Origin: Methanomassiliicoccaceae archaeon
GTDB lineage: Archaea > Thermoplasmatota > Thermoplasmata > Methanomassiliicoccales > Methanomassiliicoccaceae
Assembly: GCA_040776945.1 (NCBI GenBank)
Contig: JAXGZN010000002.1
Span: 128,001 to 192,000, forward strand
Direction of reading: 5' to 3'
Length of the DNA: 64,000 nucleotides
In this document: one piece after another, positions 1 through 9,430 of the stretch
Position numbering within the stretch: position 1 is the stretch's first letter
Layout: each line of letters begins with the position of its first letter
The notes under the pieces: model-generated
The model's input: the letters and a program-made list of their open reading frames with translations, nothing else
Told to the model about the DNA's origin: nothing
The model's database searches: none
Program-made: the position numbers and the translations under genes

Positions 1-1356
1 GCGCAGCTTACCAAGCTTGCACTCCAGCTCCTCGGCGCGCCTGATGAGGTCGTCCTTTTCGCTGTCGAACCTGGAGAGCAGGTGCCCGTGATGATCTCCC
101 AACTGTCGTCCGCAGGTGGGGCACAGGCTGTCCGGGCCCAGGCTCGTGATCTCCAAGCTCCTGGCCTCAAGTCCGCCGGCCTCGGCCCTAAGGCGGGATA
201 TCTCTGCATCGAGAAGAGCCGCCTCCTGTTGTTTTCCGCTCGCCTCGCTTTCGGCGGACCTAATGTTGGAGAGGACCTGCTCGAGCCGGCTCCGTGGATC
301 GTTCAGTTTGGAGATCTCCTGTCTGGCATTGCTCAGCTCATCGGTCTTTCGCTTGACCTCCCCGCTCAATCGGTTGAGGCCCTGCGCGGCCGCCTTCCGC
401 CGCTCGAACCTGGCGGACTCGGCGTCCATGCTCTCCCTGGAGGCAACCGCCTCTCTCATCTCCTTGTCCTTCGCTTCCAATTGCGGAAGGACCCTAAGGC
501 GGTCCCGGAGGGTCTGGAGCTCCCGTTCGTAGTTGGAACAGGTGAACTGTCTCTCCTTCAGCTCCTTTTCTTTCTCCAGTACCCGCCTCTCGAGATTGCG
601 GTATTCGCCCTCTTTAAGGGCGGCCCACTCCTTTCTTCCGATCGCTGCCTTGAGGTCGTTCTCTCTGGCCTTGAAGGCATCATTGGCCTCCTCCAGGGAC
701 GCGTTGAGCGCGGCGACCTTGCCATCAAGCTGGCCGATCTCTTCCTCCAGCACTTCCCTGCGCCGTCTGCCGTCCGGCGTGTGCAGCCGCTCTTCGTTGG
801 ACTGGAGGAGCACCTTCCCGTCCTTCCAGTCTCGTCTGATATTGTCTATAACGTCCTGGAGCACGTCCAGTTGGAGCATGCGCATGATCAGCTTCTTCCG
901 CTCCCCTGCGGTCAGAACGGAAAGCGCAGAAAGGTCCTTCTGCCGTGCGAAGACGGAGATGAAGAATGCCTGATGGTCCATGCCCAGGATCTCCTCGACC
1001 TTCTGGCTGACCGCCCTGTCGGACCTAGCTATCATCCCTCCGCCGGCGCTCAGTTCCGCCTCTATCTTCATGTCCTTGCCCTTGAGGCTTCGGCGAAGGC
1101 GGTACTGCACGCCTCCCAGCTCGAACTCCAGCTCGACCGAGCACTCCTCGCTTGGTAGGGCCCCGCTCCTCTTGATCCCCTCACGACCGTTCCGGCTCTC
1201 GCTCTTGTTCCCATACAGCGCCCAGGAGATCGCCTCGATCAGAGTGCTCTTCCCAGAACCATTGGGCCCCATTATGCCTATGACCCCGTCCGGGAACTCG
1301 ATCCGGGCATCGCGGAACCGCCGATAGTTGTGCAGCTCAAGGTACCTCAGCCTGAT
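1..1356 (-). CDS. rad50: DNA double-strand break repair ATPase Rad50 (SMC-like), 5' part; continues beyond left edge
   Basis: Manual minus-strand translation from 1356: IRLRYLELHNYRRFRDARIEFPDGVIGIMGPNGSGKSTLIEAISWALYG (Walker A GPNGSGKS), followed by coiled-coil-like sequence; overlaps the mre11 stop. Absent from the ORF track. The apparent first codon is ATC (see findings). Confidence 0.93.
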   Translation of the reverse strand, partial: MRLRYLELHNYRRFRDARIEFPDGVIGIMGPNGSGKSTLIEAISWALYGNKSESRNGREGIKRSGALPSEECSVELEFELGGVQYRLRRSLKGKDMKIEAELSAGGGMIARSDRAVSQKVEEILGMDHQAFFISVFARQKDLSALSVLTAGERKKLIMRMLQLDVLQDVIDNIRRDWKDGKVLLQSNEERLHTPDGRRRREVLEEEIGQLDGKVAALNASLEEANDAFKARENDLKAAIGRKEWAALKEGEYRNLERRVLEKEKELKERQFTCSNYERELQTLRDRLRVLPQLEAKDKEMREAVASRESMDAESARFERRKAAAQGLNRLSGEVKRKTDELSNARQEISKLNDPRSRLEQVLSNIRSAESEASGKQQEAALLDAEISRLRAEAGGLEARSLEITSLGPDSLCPTCGRQLGDHHGHLLSRFDSEKDDLIRRAEELECKLGKLR

Positions 1357-2477
1357 CCTTCCAGCCCCCTCCTTAAATAGTCCAGACCTTGCAGCTTGAG
1401 AGCGTCCTTGTCCACGTTGTCCACCGGATACCGGTCGAGGTAGCTGACGAACTCCTCCTCCAGCGAGCTTAGGGTGGCAGGACCGGCCTGCACCGACACG
1501 CTGCCCTGGAGGACCTCGAACTTAGGTTCGAAATGGACCGCGCCGGAGGCAAGCTCCCTCAGCCTCTTGAAGTCGAGGGTTACATACAGCGCACGGGGAA
1601 CGTTCTTGACCACCAGCCTGACGATCTTGCCCTCAAGGTCCTGCGACAGCAAGTCCTCCAGCTCAGCTCTCAGGGATGACGGGTCCGCCCCGCGCGCATC
1701 CACCGGGCCAAGGCTCACCATCGGGCGAGTGGGCAGCTCTATGAAATCCCTCTTACCGCTACTGAGGTCGATGTGGTAGAAGCCCTTGGGCTGACCGGCC
1801 TCGGCGAAGGAGAAGCGCTCGGTGGAACCGGAATAGCAGGCGTTCCGGGTGACCTCGTACCTTTGGTGGAAGTGGCCCAGGGCAATGTAGTCCAGGTCCT
1901 CCTTGAGATAACAGGACTCTACCAGCTGCTCATTGAACTCGTTCATCCGGAACTCGTTGAAGCCGACGACGCCGGCATGGAGCATGGCGACATTATGGCC
2001 CGTCTCCCTCGAACGCTCGATGAGGGGGAGCTGCTCCTTGAACCCCTCGCCCTCCGAATGGGGAACGGCATGCACGGTAAGGTCCCCGAGGACGAGGCGC
2101 TCGTACGCCCCGCGGTACACAGGAGATATATGCTTCAGGTGCTCGAAAAGCCGGAACGCGCTCCCCGTCTCCCTCAATCTGGGCGTCGAGTGGTTCCCCG
2201 CGATGATGGCGGTCGGTATGCCTGCCTCGGACAGGCGGACCATCTGCTCCAATGCGAAGCTCAAGGCCCTGTTGGACGGGCGGACGGCATCGAACAGGTC
2301 GCCGCTGTGCAGGACCGCATCAGGACGGAGCTTGAGGACATGGTCTATGAACGCCTCGAAAGACCGGTAGGCATCGACCTCCCTCTGGTTCAGGCCCCGG
2401 TATGGGCCGTCGTCCTCGCAGACCTTGCGGTAGGCGGAAAAGCCAAGATGCGTATCCGCGACGTGAACGATCCTCAT
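1347..2477 (-). CDS. mre11: Mre11/SbcD-type DNA repair nuclease
   Basis: Metallophosphoesterase motifs ADTHLG, GDLFD, GNH, LH, LGHFH and YSGS; lies between herA and rad50. Confidence 0.95.
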   Translation of the reverse strand: MRIVHVADTHLGFSAYRKVCEDDGPYRGLNQREVDAYRSFEAFIDHVLKLRPDAVLHSGDLFDAVRPSNRALSFALEQMVRLSEAGIPTAIIAGNHSTPRLRETGSAFRLFEHLKHISPVYRGAYERLVLGDLTVHAVPHSEGEGFKEQLPLIERSRETGHNVAMLHAGVVGFNEFRMNEFNEQLVESCYLKEDLDYIALGHFHQRYEVTRNACYSGSTERFSFAEAGQPKGFYHIDLSSGKRDFIELPTRPMVSLGPVDARGADPSSLRAELEDLLSQDLEGKIVRLVVKNVPRALYVTLDFKRLRELASGAVHFEPKFEVLQGSVSVQAGPATLSSLEEEFVSYLDRYPVDNVDKDALKLQGLDYLRRGLEGSG

Positions 2478-2561
2478 ATCCTTACCTTCGAGTACGGCCT
2501 TTTTTGCCGCATCTGGGAGTTATTTCTTTCCTTCGCACGCCGAAAATCTGAGATGTCATGT

Positions 2562-4142
2562 TCAGTAGAACCCCCTATCAGGTGAAGCTCTCGATACGGC
2601 CCTGGAAGGCGTCTTGGCCAGTTCCTTGGCCAGGTATTCCTCGTACAGATGGATCTTCACTGGCACGGCGAACGGGGTGAACGGCGAGGCGATGAGAGCC
2701 TCGCCGGGCATCAGCATCTGGATCTCGTTCTCCAGTTGGGAGATGTCCTGTTTGGCGGAGTTCTTTAGGATCTCGCGGTCCCTGCGGTCGGCGAGCCCCA
2801 GCACGAACAGCGTGTTGAACTGGGAGATGATCTCGACATCGATGAGCTTCGGTTGCTGGGAGACGGCGCACAGCCCGGTCTTGAACTTGCGGCCTTCCCT
2901 GGCGATCTGGGCAAAGATGCTGCCCTTGGCCTCGGTGAGGACGCGCTGGGCCTCCTCCATGGCGATGAGCACCGGCGGCAGCTTGTCGAACCGCTCCTTC
3001 TCCCCGTACAGCTGCTTGTTCCGCTCGAATATGGCCCGGCACAGCACCGTGGAGACGAGAAGCTCCTCGGCCTCGAACATGTTGGACGTGTCGGCCAGCA
3101 CCACCTTGCCGTCATGAAGCGCGTCGATTATGTTGTTGGTGACGGATAGCTTTCGGTCGCGGGTGATCAGGTCCAACCGGAAGAGGTTCTCCAGCCGCCG
3201 CTTGATCACCGAGACCGTCCCGTCCTTGTATTGGTCCTTGAGGTCCTTTACGATGGTCCCCACCGAACGGTCGTTCAGCTCCACCAACCAATTATCGCCG
3301 TAGGCGTACTGCGCGGACTGCATGCACTCCTTCTGGGCCCCGGTCATCTCGTACAGGGACTCCAGGTCTGCGATCTCGATCTCCGAGGCGGCCAGGTGCA
3401 GGCTGTTGTGCGGCCCGTCCAGCTTGCGGGAGGAGAACACCACCAGCGCGTCCGTGCGGCCGGCATGCTTCAGCCCGCGCTTCTTCGCCTCCCCTCCGTC
3501 GTAGTACTCGCCGTGCGGGTCGAGTATGAGGAAGCCGTACTTGCGCAGGTCCATGCACGAGAGCGCCAGGTTCTTCATCAGGTTGCTCTTGCCCATGCCC
3601 GTGGTGGCGAAGATGCCGATATGGTGCGGTATCGCCTGCCCGGTTATGCCCACCGGGAAATCGAGCACCTGGTCCCCCGAACGGAGGTTCCCCACCTGGA
3701 TGTCCCCCAAGCTGTCCTTGAGGAACTCATAGTCGGTGATGTCCGTTCGGCGGACGCGGGAGAAGTGGCTGGGTATGGTCTTCGTCTTCCTAAATGCCGA
3801 TCCGACACAGCCCAGAGGGATGCACACCCCGGCGCAGTAAAGCTGGGGCCTGATCCCCTCCATATCATACTCTTGGTTCCTGGCGTCGCCCCTGAGCATC
3901 TGACCGGCGAAGGTCTCCATCCATCCTTTCTGCTCGGAGTCCGCACCGTGCTCGATGTCCATAACTCGAACGAGGTACCGGTCCGGGGAGGTCTCGTTCT
4001 CCACCACCAGCATTTCCCCTACCTGGAGAGGCTCCCCGTAGTTCATCCTGAAGCGCGTCTCCATGACGCTGTTGCCTACCACCCTTCCGATGTGCGTTCT
4101 CCACCCTCCCTGTCCGTACAGGGGGGTCAATGGCCTAACCAC
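2562..4142 (-). CDS. herA: HerA bipolar helicase/ATPase (start uncertain: GTG 4142, TTG 4130 or ATC 4091)
   Basis: N-terminal HAS-barrel-like IGRVVG, Walker A ATTGMGKS, DPHGEY, MEEAQ, IAREGRKF and SQQP motifs; canonical position upstream of mre11-rad50. Confidence 0.92.
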   Translation of the reverse strand: MVRPLTPLYGQGGWRTHIGRVVGNSVMETRFRMNYGEPLQVGEMLVVENETSPDRYLVRVMDIEHGADSEQKGWMETFAGQMLRGDARNQEYDMEGIRPQLYCAGVCIPLGCVGSAFRKTKTIPSHFSRVRRTDITDYEFLKDSLGDIQVGNLRSGDQVLDFPVGITGQAIPHHIGIFATTGMGKSNLMKNLALSCMDLRKYGFLILDPHGEYYDGGEAKKRGLKHAGRTDALVVFSSRKLDGPHNSLHLAASEIEIADLESLYEMTGAQKECMQSAQYAYGDNWLVELNDRSVGTIVKDLKDQYKDGTVSVIKRRLENLFRLDLITRDRKLSVTNNIIDALHDGKVVLADTSNMFEAEELLVSTVLCRAIFERNKQLYGEKERFDKLPPVLIAMEEAQRVLTEAKGSIFAQIAREGRKFKTGLCAVSQQPKLIDVEIISQFNTLFVLGLADRRDREILKNSAKQDISQLENEIQMLMPGEALIASPFTPFAVPVKIHLYEEYLAKELAKTPSRAVSRASPDRGFY

Positions 4143-4169
4143 GATTTACCATTTGCCGAAGCGGGGGCC

Positions 4170-4412
4170 TCAAAGGAGAAAGACGAACACGAGGTTGATG
4201 ATGAAAAGTGCGAGAAGGGGGAGAATGACGATCGTCAGTGCCCGGGCTATCCGCTCGCTCCCATGCTCGGTCGTGGTCACGATCTCCTTCGCGAACAGCA
4301 ATGCGGCGAGGACGAGAGTGACGATCGCGAACTCCGCTCTCGCCTCCACTCCCCATTCGAACCAGCCGGTTACAGCGCCGGCGTTGCCGAGGAGGAGGCC
4401 AGATAGTGACAC
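4170..4412 (-). CDS. Small membrane protein of about 80 aa with two hydrophobic helices, function unknown
   Basis: Hydrophobic segments FAIVTLVLAALLFA and ALTIVILPLLALFIINLVFVFLL. GTG 4412 lies about 25 nt downstream of a TATA box at 4437-4446, which fits a leaderless start. Confidence 0.65.
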   Translation of the reverse strand: MSLSGLLLGNAGAVTGWFEWGVEARAEFAIVTLVLAALLFAKEIVTTTEHGSERIARALTIVILPLLALFIINLVFVFLL

Positions 4413-4436
4413 GCGGTTGAAAGCGCCAGATAGCAT

Positions 4437-4446
4437 ATTTATAAAT
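4437..4446 (-). promoter_or_regulatory. Putative archaeal TATA box ATTTATAAAT
   Basis: Isolated AT island in GC-rich DNA, with suitable spacing to GTG 4412. Confidence 0.55.
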
Positions 4447-4501
4447 TGCGAGATGGGGTCGAGCGGGCATGACCTTCTCAACCCCTGTCTGGTCGCTCGC
4501 G

Positions 4502-5722
4502 CTACCGGCAGGGGACGGCCGCTGCGAGAGAGGCGAGCGCGCGCATCATCCAAGCTTGCCCCCAACGCATGTATGGGATCCGGTTGATGAACCGCTCATG
4601 CCTCTGGTGGTAGAAGAAGCCCGCCGGGTCCTGCATGTTCTCCACGCTCCACCTCGCAATCCTCAATGCGTCGTCCAGAAGCTCCGGCTCATTGGCCGAG
4701 AGCCTCGAGAATGTCAATATCCCCTGGGCCTGATGATGGATGTCCGCGGGCCAGTTCCCGGGGAGCCGCCAAAGGGATCGTCCAGAGACATCGAACTGTC
4801 GCTCGCGGTAGAATATCGTGCCCCGGTGCAAAGCATCGGTGTATCTGGCATCGGTCCTCCCGGAATAGGTGATGAAGTCGAGAAGAGAGTCCAGGATGAA
4901 CCCCTGATGAAAGTCGATCTGCATCCTCTTCCGCCCCGACCCATCGATGCTGTAGGCCCATGAACCGTCCGGTTCCTGCTTGGCCACCGTGAACTCCACC
5001 GCCCGGACGGCCGTATCCATAAGGTCCTCCCGACCGGTCAGCGCGGACACCCTTGCCATAAGGGCCGCGCCCATCATGCTGGCGTTATGCACTATATGGC
5101 GGTCGATGGGGGTGTAGCTGAAGCATATGCCGTCGCGGTCCTCGTAAACCGACAGATCGCTCTGGATGAACTCGATGACCCCCTTGGCGAGGTCCAGCAG
5201 GTCCTCCTGGCCGGTGAGGCCGTGGAGGTCCAGCAGGGCGTTGGCCACGAAGGACGACACGACCACGGTAGGGAGCCCGGCAGGGGAGAACCTGGTCACG
5301 TCCTGCCAATCGAAGTTGAAACCCCAGCTGTTGCCGTGGTATCCGGTGGAACGGGAGCCGATCAAGCTTCTGACCAACTCCTCGGAAGCGGCGGCGAACG
5401 CCCCCTCACCTATGATCCCCGCCCGGTGCATGTCGCAGTACGCGCTGAGGAACAGTCCGATGGCCTTGGGGTTCCTCCCCTCTCTGACGCCGAACGTGCG
5501 CCGCAGATCGATCGGAGAGTAGACGAACAGCTGGGTCGCCGCCACCTTGGGCAGCCTTCCAGGTAGGGAGCGGACGAACGGAGAGTTCAGCGCATCATAT
5601 GGGTCCGGGCCCTGGTAGCTCCGGGAGCGCACGTATCCCTCGAGGCGAGCGAGGGACCTCTCGATCGCGCGCAGCTCATCCGGTTCAGCTGCCGCAGGCC
5701 TCGCGGATGAGCCCGATAACAT
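4502..5722 (-). CDS. Uncharacterised glycan-locus protein, probable (alpha/alpha)6 six-hairpin glycosidase-like fold
   Basis: YQGPDPYDALNS, NPKAIGLFL, WGFNFDWQ, VHNAS, DGSWAY, IDFHQGF, PADIH and YMRWGQAWM motifs match a family I recall from polysaccharide loci; co-oriented with DUF354 and wecC. Start taken at ATG 5722. Confidence 0.7.
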   Translation of the reverse strand: MLSGSSARPAAAEPDELRAIERSLARLEGYVRSRSYQGPDPYDALNSPFVRSLPGRLPKVAATQLFVYSPIDLRRTFGVREGRNPKAIGLFLSAYCDMHRAGIIGEGAFAAASEELVRSLIGSRSTGYHGNSWGFNFDWQDVTRFSPAGLPTVVVSSFVANALLDLHGLTGQEDLLDLAKGVIEFIQSDLSVYEDRDGICFSYTPIDRHIVHNASMMGAALMARVSALTGREDLMDTAVRAVEFTVAKQEPDGSWAYSIDGSGRKRMQIDFHQGFILDSLLDFITYSGRTDARYTDALHRGTIFYRERQFDVSGRSLWRLPGNWPADIHHQAQGILTFSRLSANEPELLDDALRIARWSVENMQDPAGFFYHQRHERFINRIPYMRWGQAWMMRALASLAAAVPCR

Positions 5723-6701
5723 CCCGCTTGACCCTCCTGCTCCTGCTGAGGTCGGCCCGGCACTTGCCATTCATCGAGGACATGACGTTTCTCAATATTG
5801 CCTTTGGGTCCCGGGAATGGAACATAGCTCCGTTAGAGATGAGCTCCCGGTCTACGGACAGGAGCCCATCGCCAGGGAAGAACGATACTGAAGGCTTTCC
5901 CATGCACGCCGCCTCCCTGGCCATTGTGCCGGAGCCGGTGAGGACGGCCAGCGAATGATAGCACAGGTCCAGGCCGTTGAGCGCCTGAGGCGGTATGTAT
6001 GCATCCAGGCCGGCGGCGTACTCGGCATCGCCCTTGTCCCGCGGGAGGTAGACGACATTGATGTCGTTCTCCCGGAACAGGCGCACAAGGTCGGGCACGA
6101 TGGTCCGGTTCTCAAGCACATAGAACGAGGCGAGCGCCTCTGGCCTGATGACCACGTACTCGTCGAAGGGAAGCCTCTCCATGAAGTGGGGGTCCGGCTC
6201 AAAGGCGGCTATGTACACGTCCTCCTTGTAACCGTCGTAGGCATAGAGCCCGTGACCGCTCATATTGGAAGAGAACGCCGCATGGCATGCCTGGGGGATG
6301 ATCACCTTGTCGGCGAGATCCTTGATCCCCGTCTCCATGTACTGCAGGACGGACCGTTTCTGGAAGAACTTGAGGTCATTGTCGCACAGAAGGACGGACC
6401 TGCCCCCCTTCATCTTCGAGACCATAACGCTCATCCCGTTCTCAAATGACAGCGCGCAGTCGAAGTCCTCCACCGAGGTCCACAGCGCCAGGGTCCGGCC
6501 CACCATGCTCAGCGATTTCTTCACCCCGTTGCGGTAGTCCGATCCAACCACCCTGCCTTCGATGCCCAGCATCTTGGCCAGCTCGACCGTCTCTGCCCTC
6601 TCCCTTATCGTCACCTGGAGCCTCTCGTCATGGAGGTCCTTCAGCACTACGTTGAAGAAAAGGGCGTGAGAGGGGTTGATGATGTCGACCCAGATGTTCA
6701 T
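5685..6701 (-). CDS. DUF354 family protein (GT-B fold, putative glycosyltransferase)
   Basis: N-terminus MNIWVDIINPSHALFF; YDGYKED, RPEALASFY, GSGTMAREAACMGKPSVS motifs. Confidence 0.85.
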   Translation of the reverse strand: MNIWVDIINPSHALFFNVVLKDLHDERLQVTIRERAETVELAKMLGIEGRVVGSDYRNGVKKSLSMVGRTLALWTSVEDFDCALSFENGMSVMVSKMKGGRSVLLCDNDLKFFQKRSVLQYMETGIKDLADKVIIPQACHAAFSSNMSGHGLYAYDGYKEDVYIAAFEPDPHFMERLPFDEYVVIRPEALASFYVLENRTIVPDLVRLFRENDINVVYLPRDKGDAEYAAGLDAYIPPQALNGLDLCYHSLAVLTGSGTMAREAACMGKPSVSFFPGDGLLSVDRELISNGAMFHSRDPKAILRNVMSSMNGKCRADLSRSRRVKRDVIGLIREACGS

Positions 6702-6713
6702 CGGACGATCGCC

Positions 6714-8027
6714 TCAGGAAGTGATGCGCTGCTCGACGAGCGGCTTTCCCTTGACCTGGGTCGCCTCGATCTCCGGGACCGGCCTCAACATCTCCGAGTT
6801 ACCCAGGACCTTGACGGTGAACCCCGCCCCGACCCACATATCATGGTCCAGGCAGTTTCTGGTATCGATCAGGTTCTTGTTGCGCATGGCAAGCTGGAGC
6901 GGGTTGATCGTTCTGAACACATCATGGTCGGTGACCAGGACAACGCAGTCGCTGTTGGATGTGGCCTCGTTGAGGGTCTCCAGTTCTTTCTCGAAGTGCT
7001 TGACCAGAGGATCATGGCACCTGACATGGATGCCTTCGTTCTCCGCCAGCTTGATTATGCGATGCGCAGGCGTCTCGCGCGCGTCGGACACATTGCCCTT
7101 GTAGGCCACTCCCAATATGGTAACGATGGGATTTTCTATGTCCTTGGTAGCGGACTTGATCATCCGGACGACATGGTTCGGCATGTAGTCGTTGACATCC
7201 CTGGCGGACTTGATGAGCTGGCAGGACATCGAGTTGTCGGTGAGGAACCAAGGGTCGATGGCTATGCAGTGCCCGCCCACCCCCGGACCGGGCTTGGCGA
7301 TGTTCACCCTGGGATGCTTGTTGGCGAGCTCCCTGGCCTCCCAGATGTTGATGCCATTGTCCTCGGCGATCTTGGCGAACTCGTTGGCCAGCGCGATGTT
7401 GATGTCCCTGTAGGTGTTCTCGATGAGCTTGATGAACTCCGCGGTGTTCAGATCGGTCAGGTGAAGGGTCCCCCGCACGAAGGAAGCATAGAGCTCCTTG
7501 GCCTTCGAGGCGGACTGCCACTCCTTGCCACCAATGATCCGGTCGTTGTGCGTCATCTCATAGATGACGTTGCCGGGGATGGCCCTCTCCGAGCAATAGG
7601 CAGCGTAGAACTGGTCCGGGCCCAGGCCGCTGCTCTTGAGGATCGGCACCACCAGCTTGGCGGTCGTTCCCGGCGGTACTGTGGACTCAAGAACGACCAG
7701 GTTGCCCTCTCTTAGCTTGGAGGCCACCATGGTCGCTGCGCTCTTCACGTATTCCAGGCTGGCGACGTGCATGTCCTTCTGCAGCGGGGTAGGCACGCAA
7801 ATGATGAACGCGTCAGCATAGGGCACCTCGGTCTGAGCATGAAATCGCCCGGACGCCCTCCGGTAAAGGTTGAGCATCAAGGGCTCTTCGTCAGATATGG
7901 ACCCTCTGTTCAATCTATCCACGACCGCCTCATTGACATCGACGCCGATCACTTCATGACCGGCGTCCGCGAGCAATAATGCTGTAGGGAACCCTATGTA
8001 GCCTAGTCCCAGTACGCAAATTTTCAT
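6714..8027 (-). CDS. wecC: Nucleotide-sugar 6-dehydrogenase (UDP-N-acetyl-D-mannosamine dehydrogenase, WecC-like)
   Basis: GLGYIG Rossmann motif, VPTP, ESTVPPGTT, ENTYRDINIA, GPGVGGHC (catalytic Cys), GVAYKGNVSDARETP. Confidence 0.85.
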   Translation of the reverse strand: MKICVLGLGYIGFPTALLLADAGHEVIGVDVNEAVVDRLNRGSISDEEPLMLNLYRRASGRFHAQTEVPYADAFIICVPTPLQKDMHVASLEYVKSAATMVASKLREGNLVVLESTVPPGTTAKLVVPILKSSGLGPDQFYAAYCSERAIPGNVIYEMTHNDRIIGGKEWQSASKAKELYASFVRGTLHLTDLNTAEFIKLIENTYRDINIALANEFAKIAEDNGINIWEARELANKHPRVNIAKPGPGVGGHCIAIDPWFLTDNSMSCQLIKSARDVNDYMPNHVVRMIKSATKDIENPIVTILGVAYKGNVSDARETPAHRIIKLAENEGIHVRCHDPLVKHFEKELETLNEATSNSDCVVLVTDHDVFRTINPLQLAMRNKNLIDTRNCLDHDMWVGAGFTVKVLGNSEMLRPVPEIEATQVKGKPLVEQRITS

Positions 8028-8219
8028 TGTAACCCCCCTCGATCTAGTTTGTTCGATCTACCGACTGCATTTTCGACTGTTGTGAACGTTTTTTCTCTAA
8101 TCGGTTTGCCCCAACGGATCCTATTTCACTTAGATGGCGTTTGTATCACTGCGTATATATTATTTTTGCATATATTCGATGCCTTTGAGCCCATAGCGCG
8201 GGCTCGAGGCATCCTTTCA

Positions 8220-9200
8220 TCACCTCTCGATAGCCTCTGCTCTGATCACCTCCATCTTGGCCCCTCCCTCGATGTTTGGCCGGGCCCCAACCTGTCCTCT
8301 GATTATCTTTGAAAGGGAGGTCAATGATAGGCCTGCGATGACCATGAGCGCACCTAGGTTGACCAAGGTCTGGGCCATTGCCGATGATAGTGCCCAGGAC
8401 CAACCGAACGGGACCACGCCGGCAAGTATGGCCATTGCCAGCGTGAGCCCGGTAGCGCCCATGATCGTTCCGGGAACGCCGAAGAACAGGAGCGGTCTTC
8501 TCTGCCCGATCTCGGCGACCAGGCTGTTGATGAGGCCGAACCCCATCGATATCGGGTTCTTCTTGTGCTTGTTCGGCACGTCATAGCTTACGTCTATCGG
8601 CACCTCCGTTATCCGAAGGCCACGAGAGACGAAGTGCATGATCATGGCGGACTCGATGCTATAGCCGGACGACCTGAAGTCCATGTTCTGGACCCCCTTC
8701 CGGTTCATGGCCCTGAACCCGGACTGGGTATCGGATATCTTTTTTCCGGCCCCCAGGTTGGTGAAGCGGTCTAGCACCTTCTGCCCCAGCCGGCGGTAGG
8801 CGGGGACCTTGGCGCCGCCCTTGATGAACCGCGAGCCGATCACCAGGTCCGCCTCATCGGTCAGGATGGGGGCGATCACCCGGGGAAGGTCCTCCGGATA
8901 GTGCTGGCCATCGGCATCCATCATCACCACTACCGTGTAGTCCACATTCTCCAATTCAGCGAATCCCCGCATGACCGCGGCTGCCTTGCCTCCGTTGGCG
9001 GCCATCCTGAGCACCCTGGCTCCTGCCATCAAAGCGGTCTCCGATGTTCGGTCGGCAGAGCCGTCGTCCACCACGATCACGGTGTCCGAGAACATTCTGG
9101 CCCGCAGCACCACCGACCCGATGGTCAGTTCCTCATTGTACGCGGGAATGATGACCGCGATCTCTGAGGACAGCGGAAACCTTCCATCGTTCGTATACAT
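8220..9200 (-). CDS. GT2 glycosyltransferase (DPM1-like) with two C-terminal transmembrane helices
   Basis: IIPAYNEE, VDDGSAD, MDADGQH, GSRF and DTQSGFRA motifs; hydrophobic C-terminus. Confidence 0.9.
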   Translation of the reverse strand: MYTNDGRFPLSSEIAVIIPAYNEELTIGSVVLRARMFSDTVIVVDDGSADRTSETALMAGARVLRMAANGGKAAAVMRGFAELENVDYTVVVMMDADGQHYPEDLPRVIAPILTDEADLVIGSRFIKGGAKVPAYRRLGQKVLDRFTNLGAGKKISDTQSGFRAMNRKGVQNMDFRSSGYSIESAMIMHFVSRGLRITEVPIDVSYDVPNKHKKNPISMGFGLINSLVAEIGQRRPLLFFGVPGTIMGATGLTLAMAILAGVVPFGWSWALSSAMAQTLVNLGALMVIAGLSLTSLSKIIRGQVGARPNIEGGAKMEVIRAEAIER

Positions 9201-9430
9201 TCCTTGTTTGGCCCCCCTTCGCCCGGCACATTTCCTATCGCTTGCCTAGGCGAAAATATGTTTTAGAGCGTCATATATATATTAATTTCCATAATACTCA
9301 TAATGACGTCCCCTCCAAGATCGAGATGGAGACATCGTCCCTCCACCATGCCCCGTTCCTGATAAGATATTATCATCACACCGATATTTTACGAGGAAGG
9401 TTTATGTCCGGCCTACCGATAGTGCATCGA

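Noticed and set aside
1-4142. nurA missing from the herA-mre11-rad50 cluster
   Set aside because: nurA often follows rad50, and that position is outside the left edge of the window, so absence cannot be claimed.
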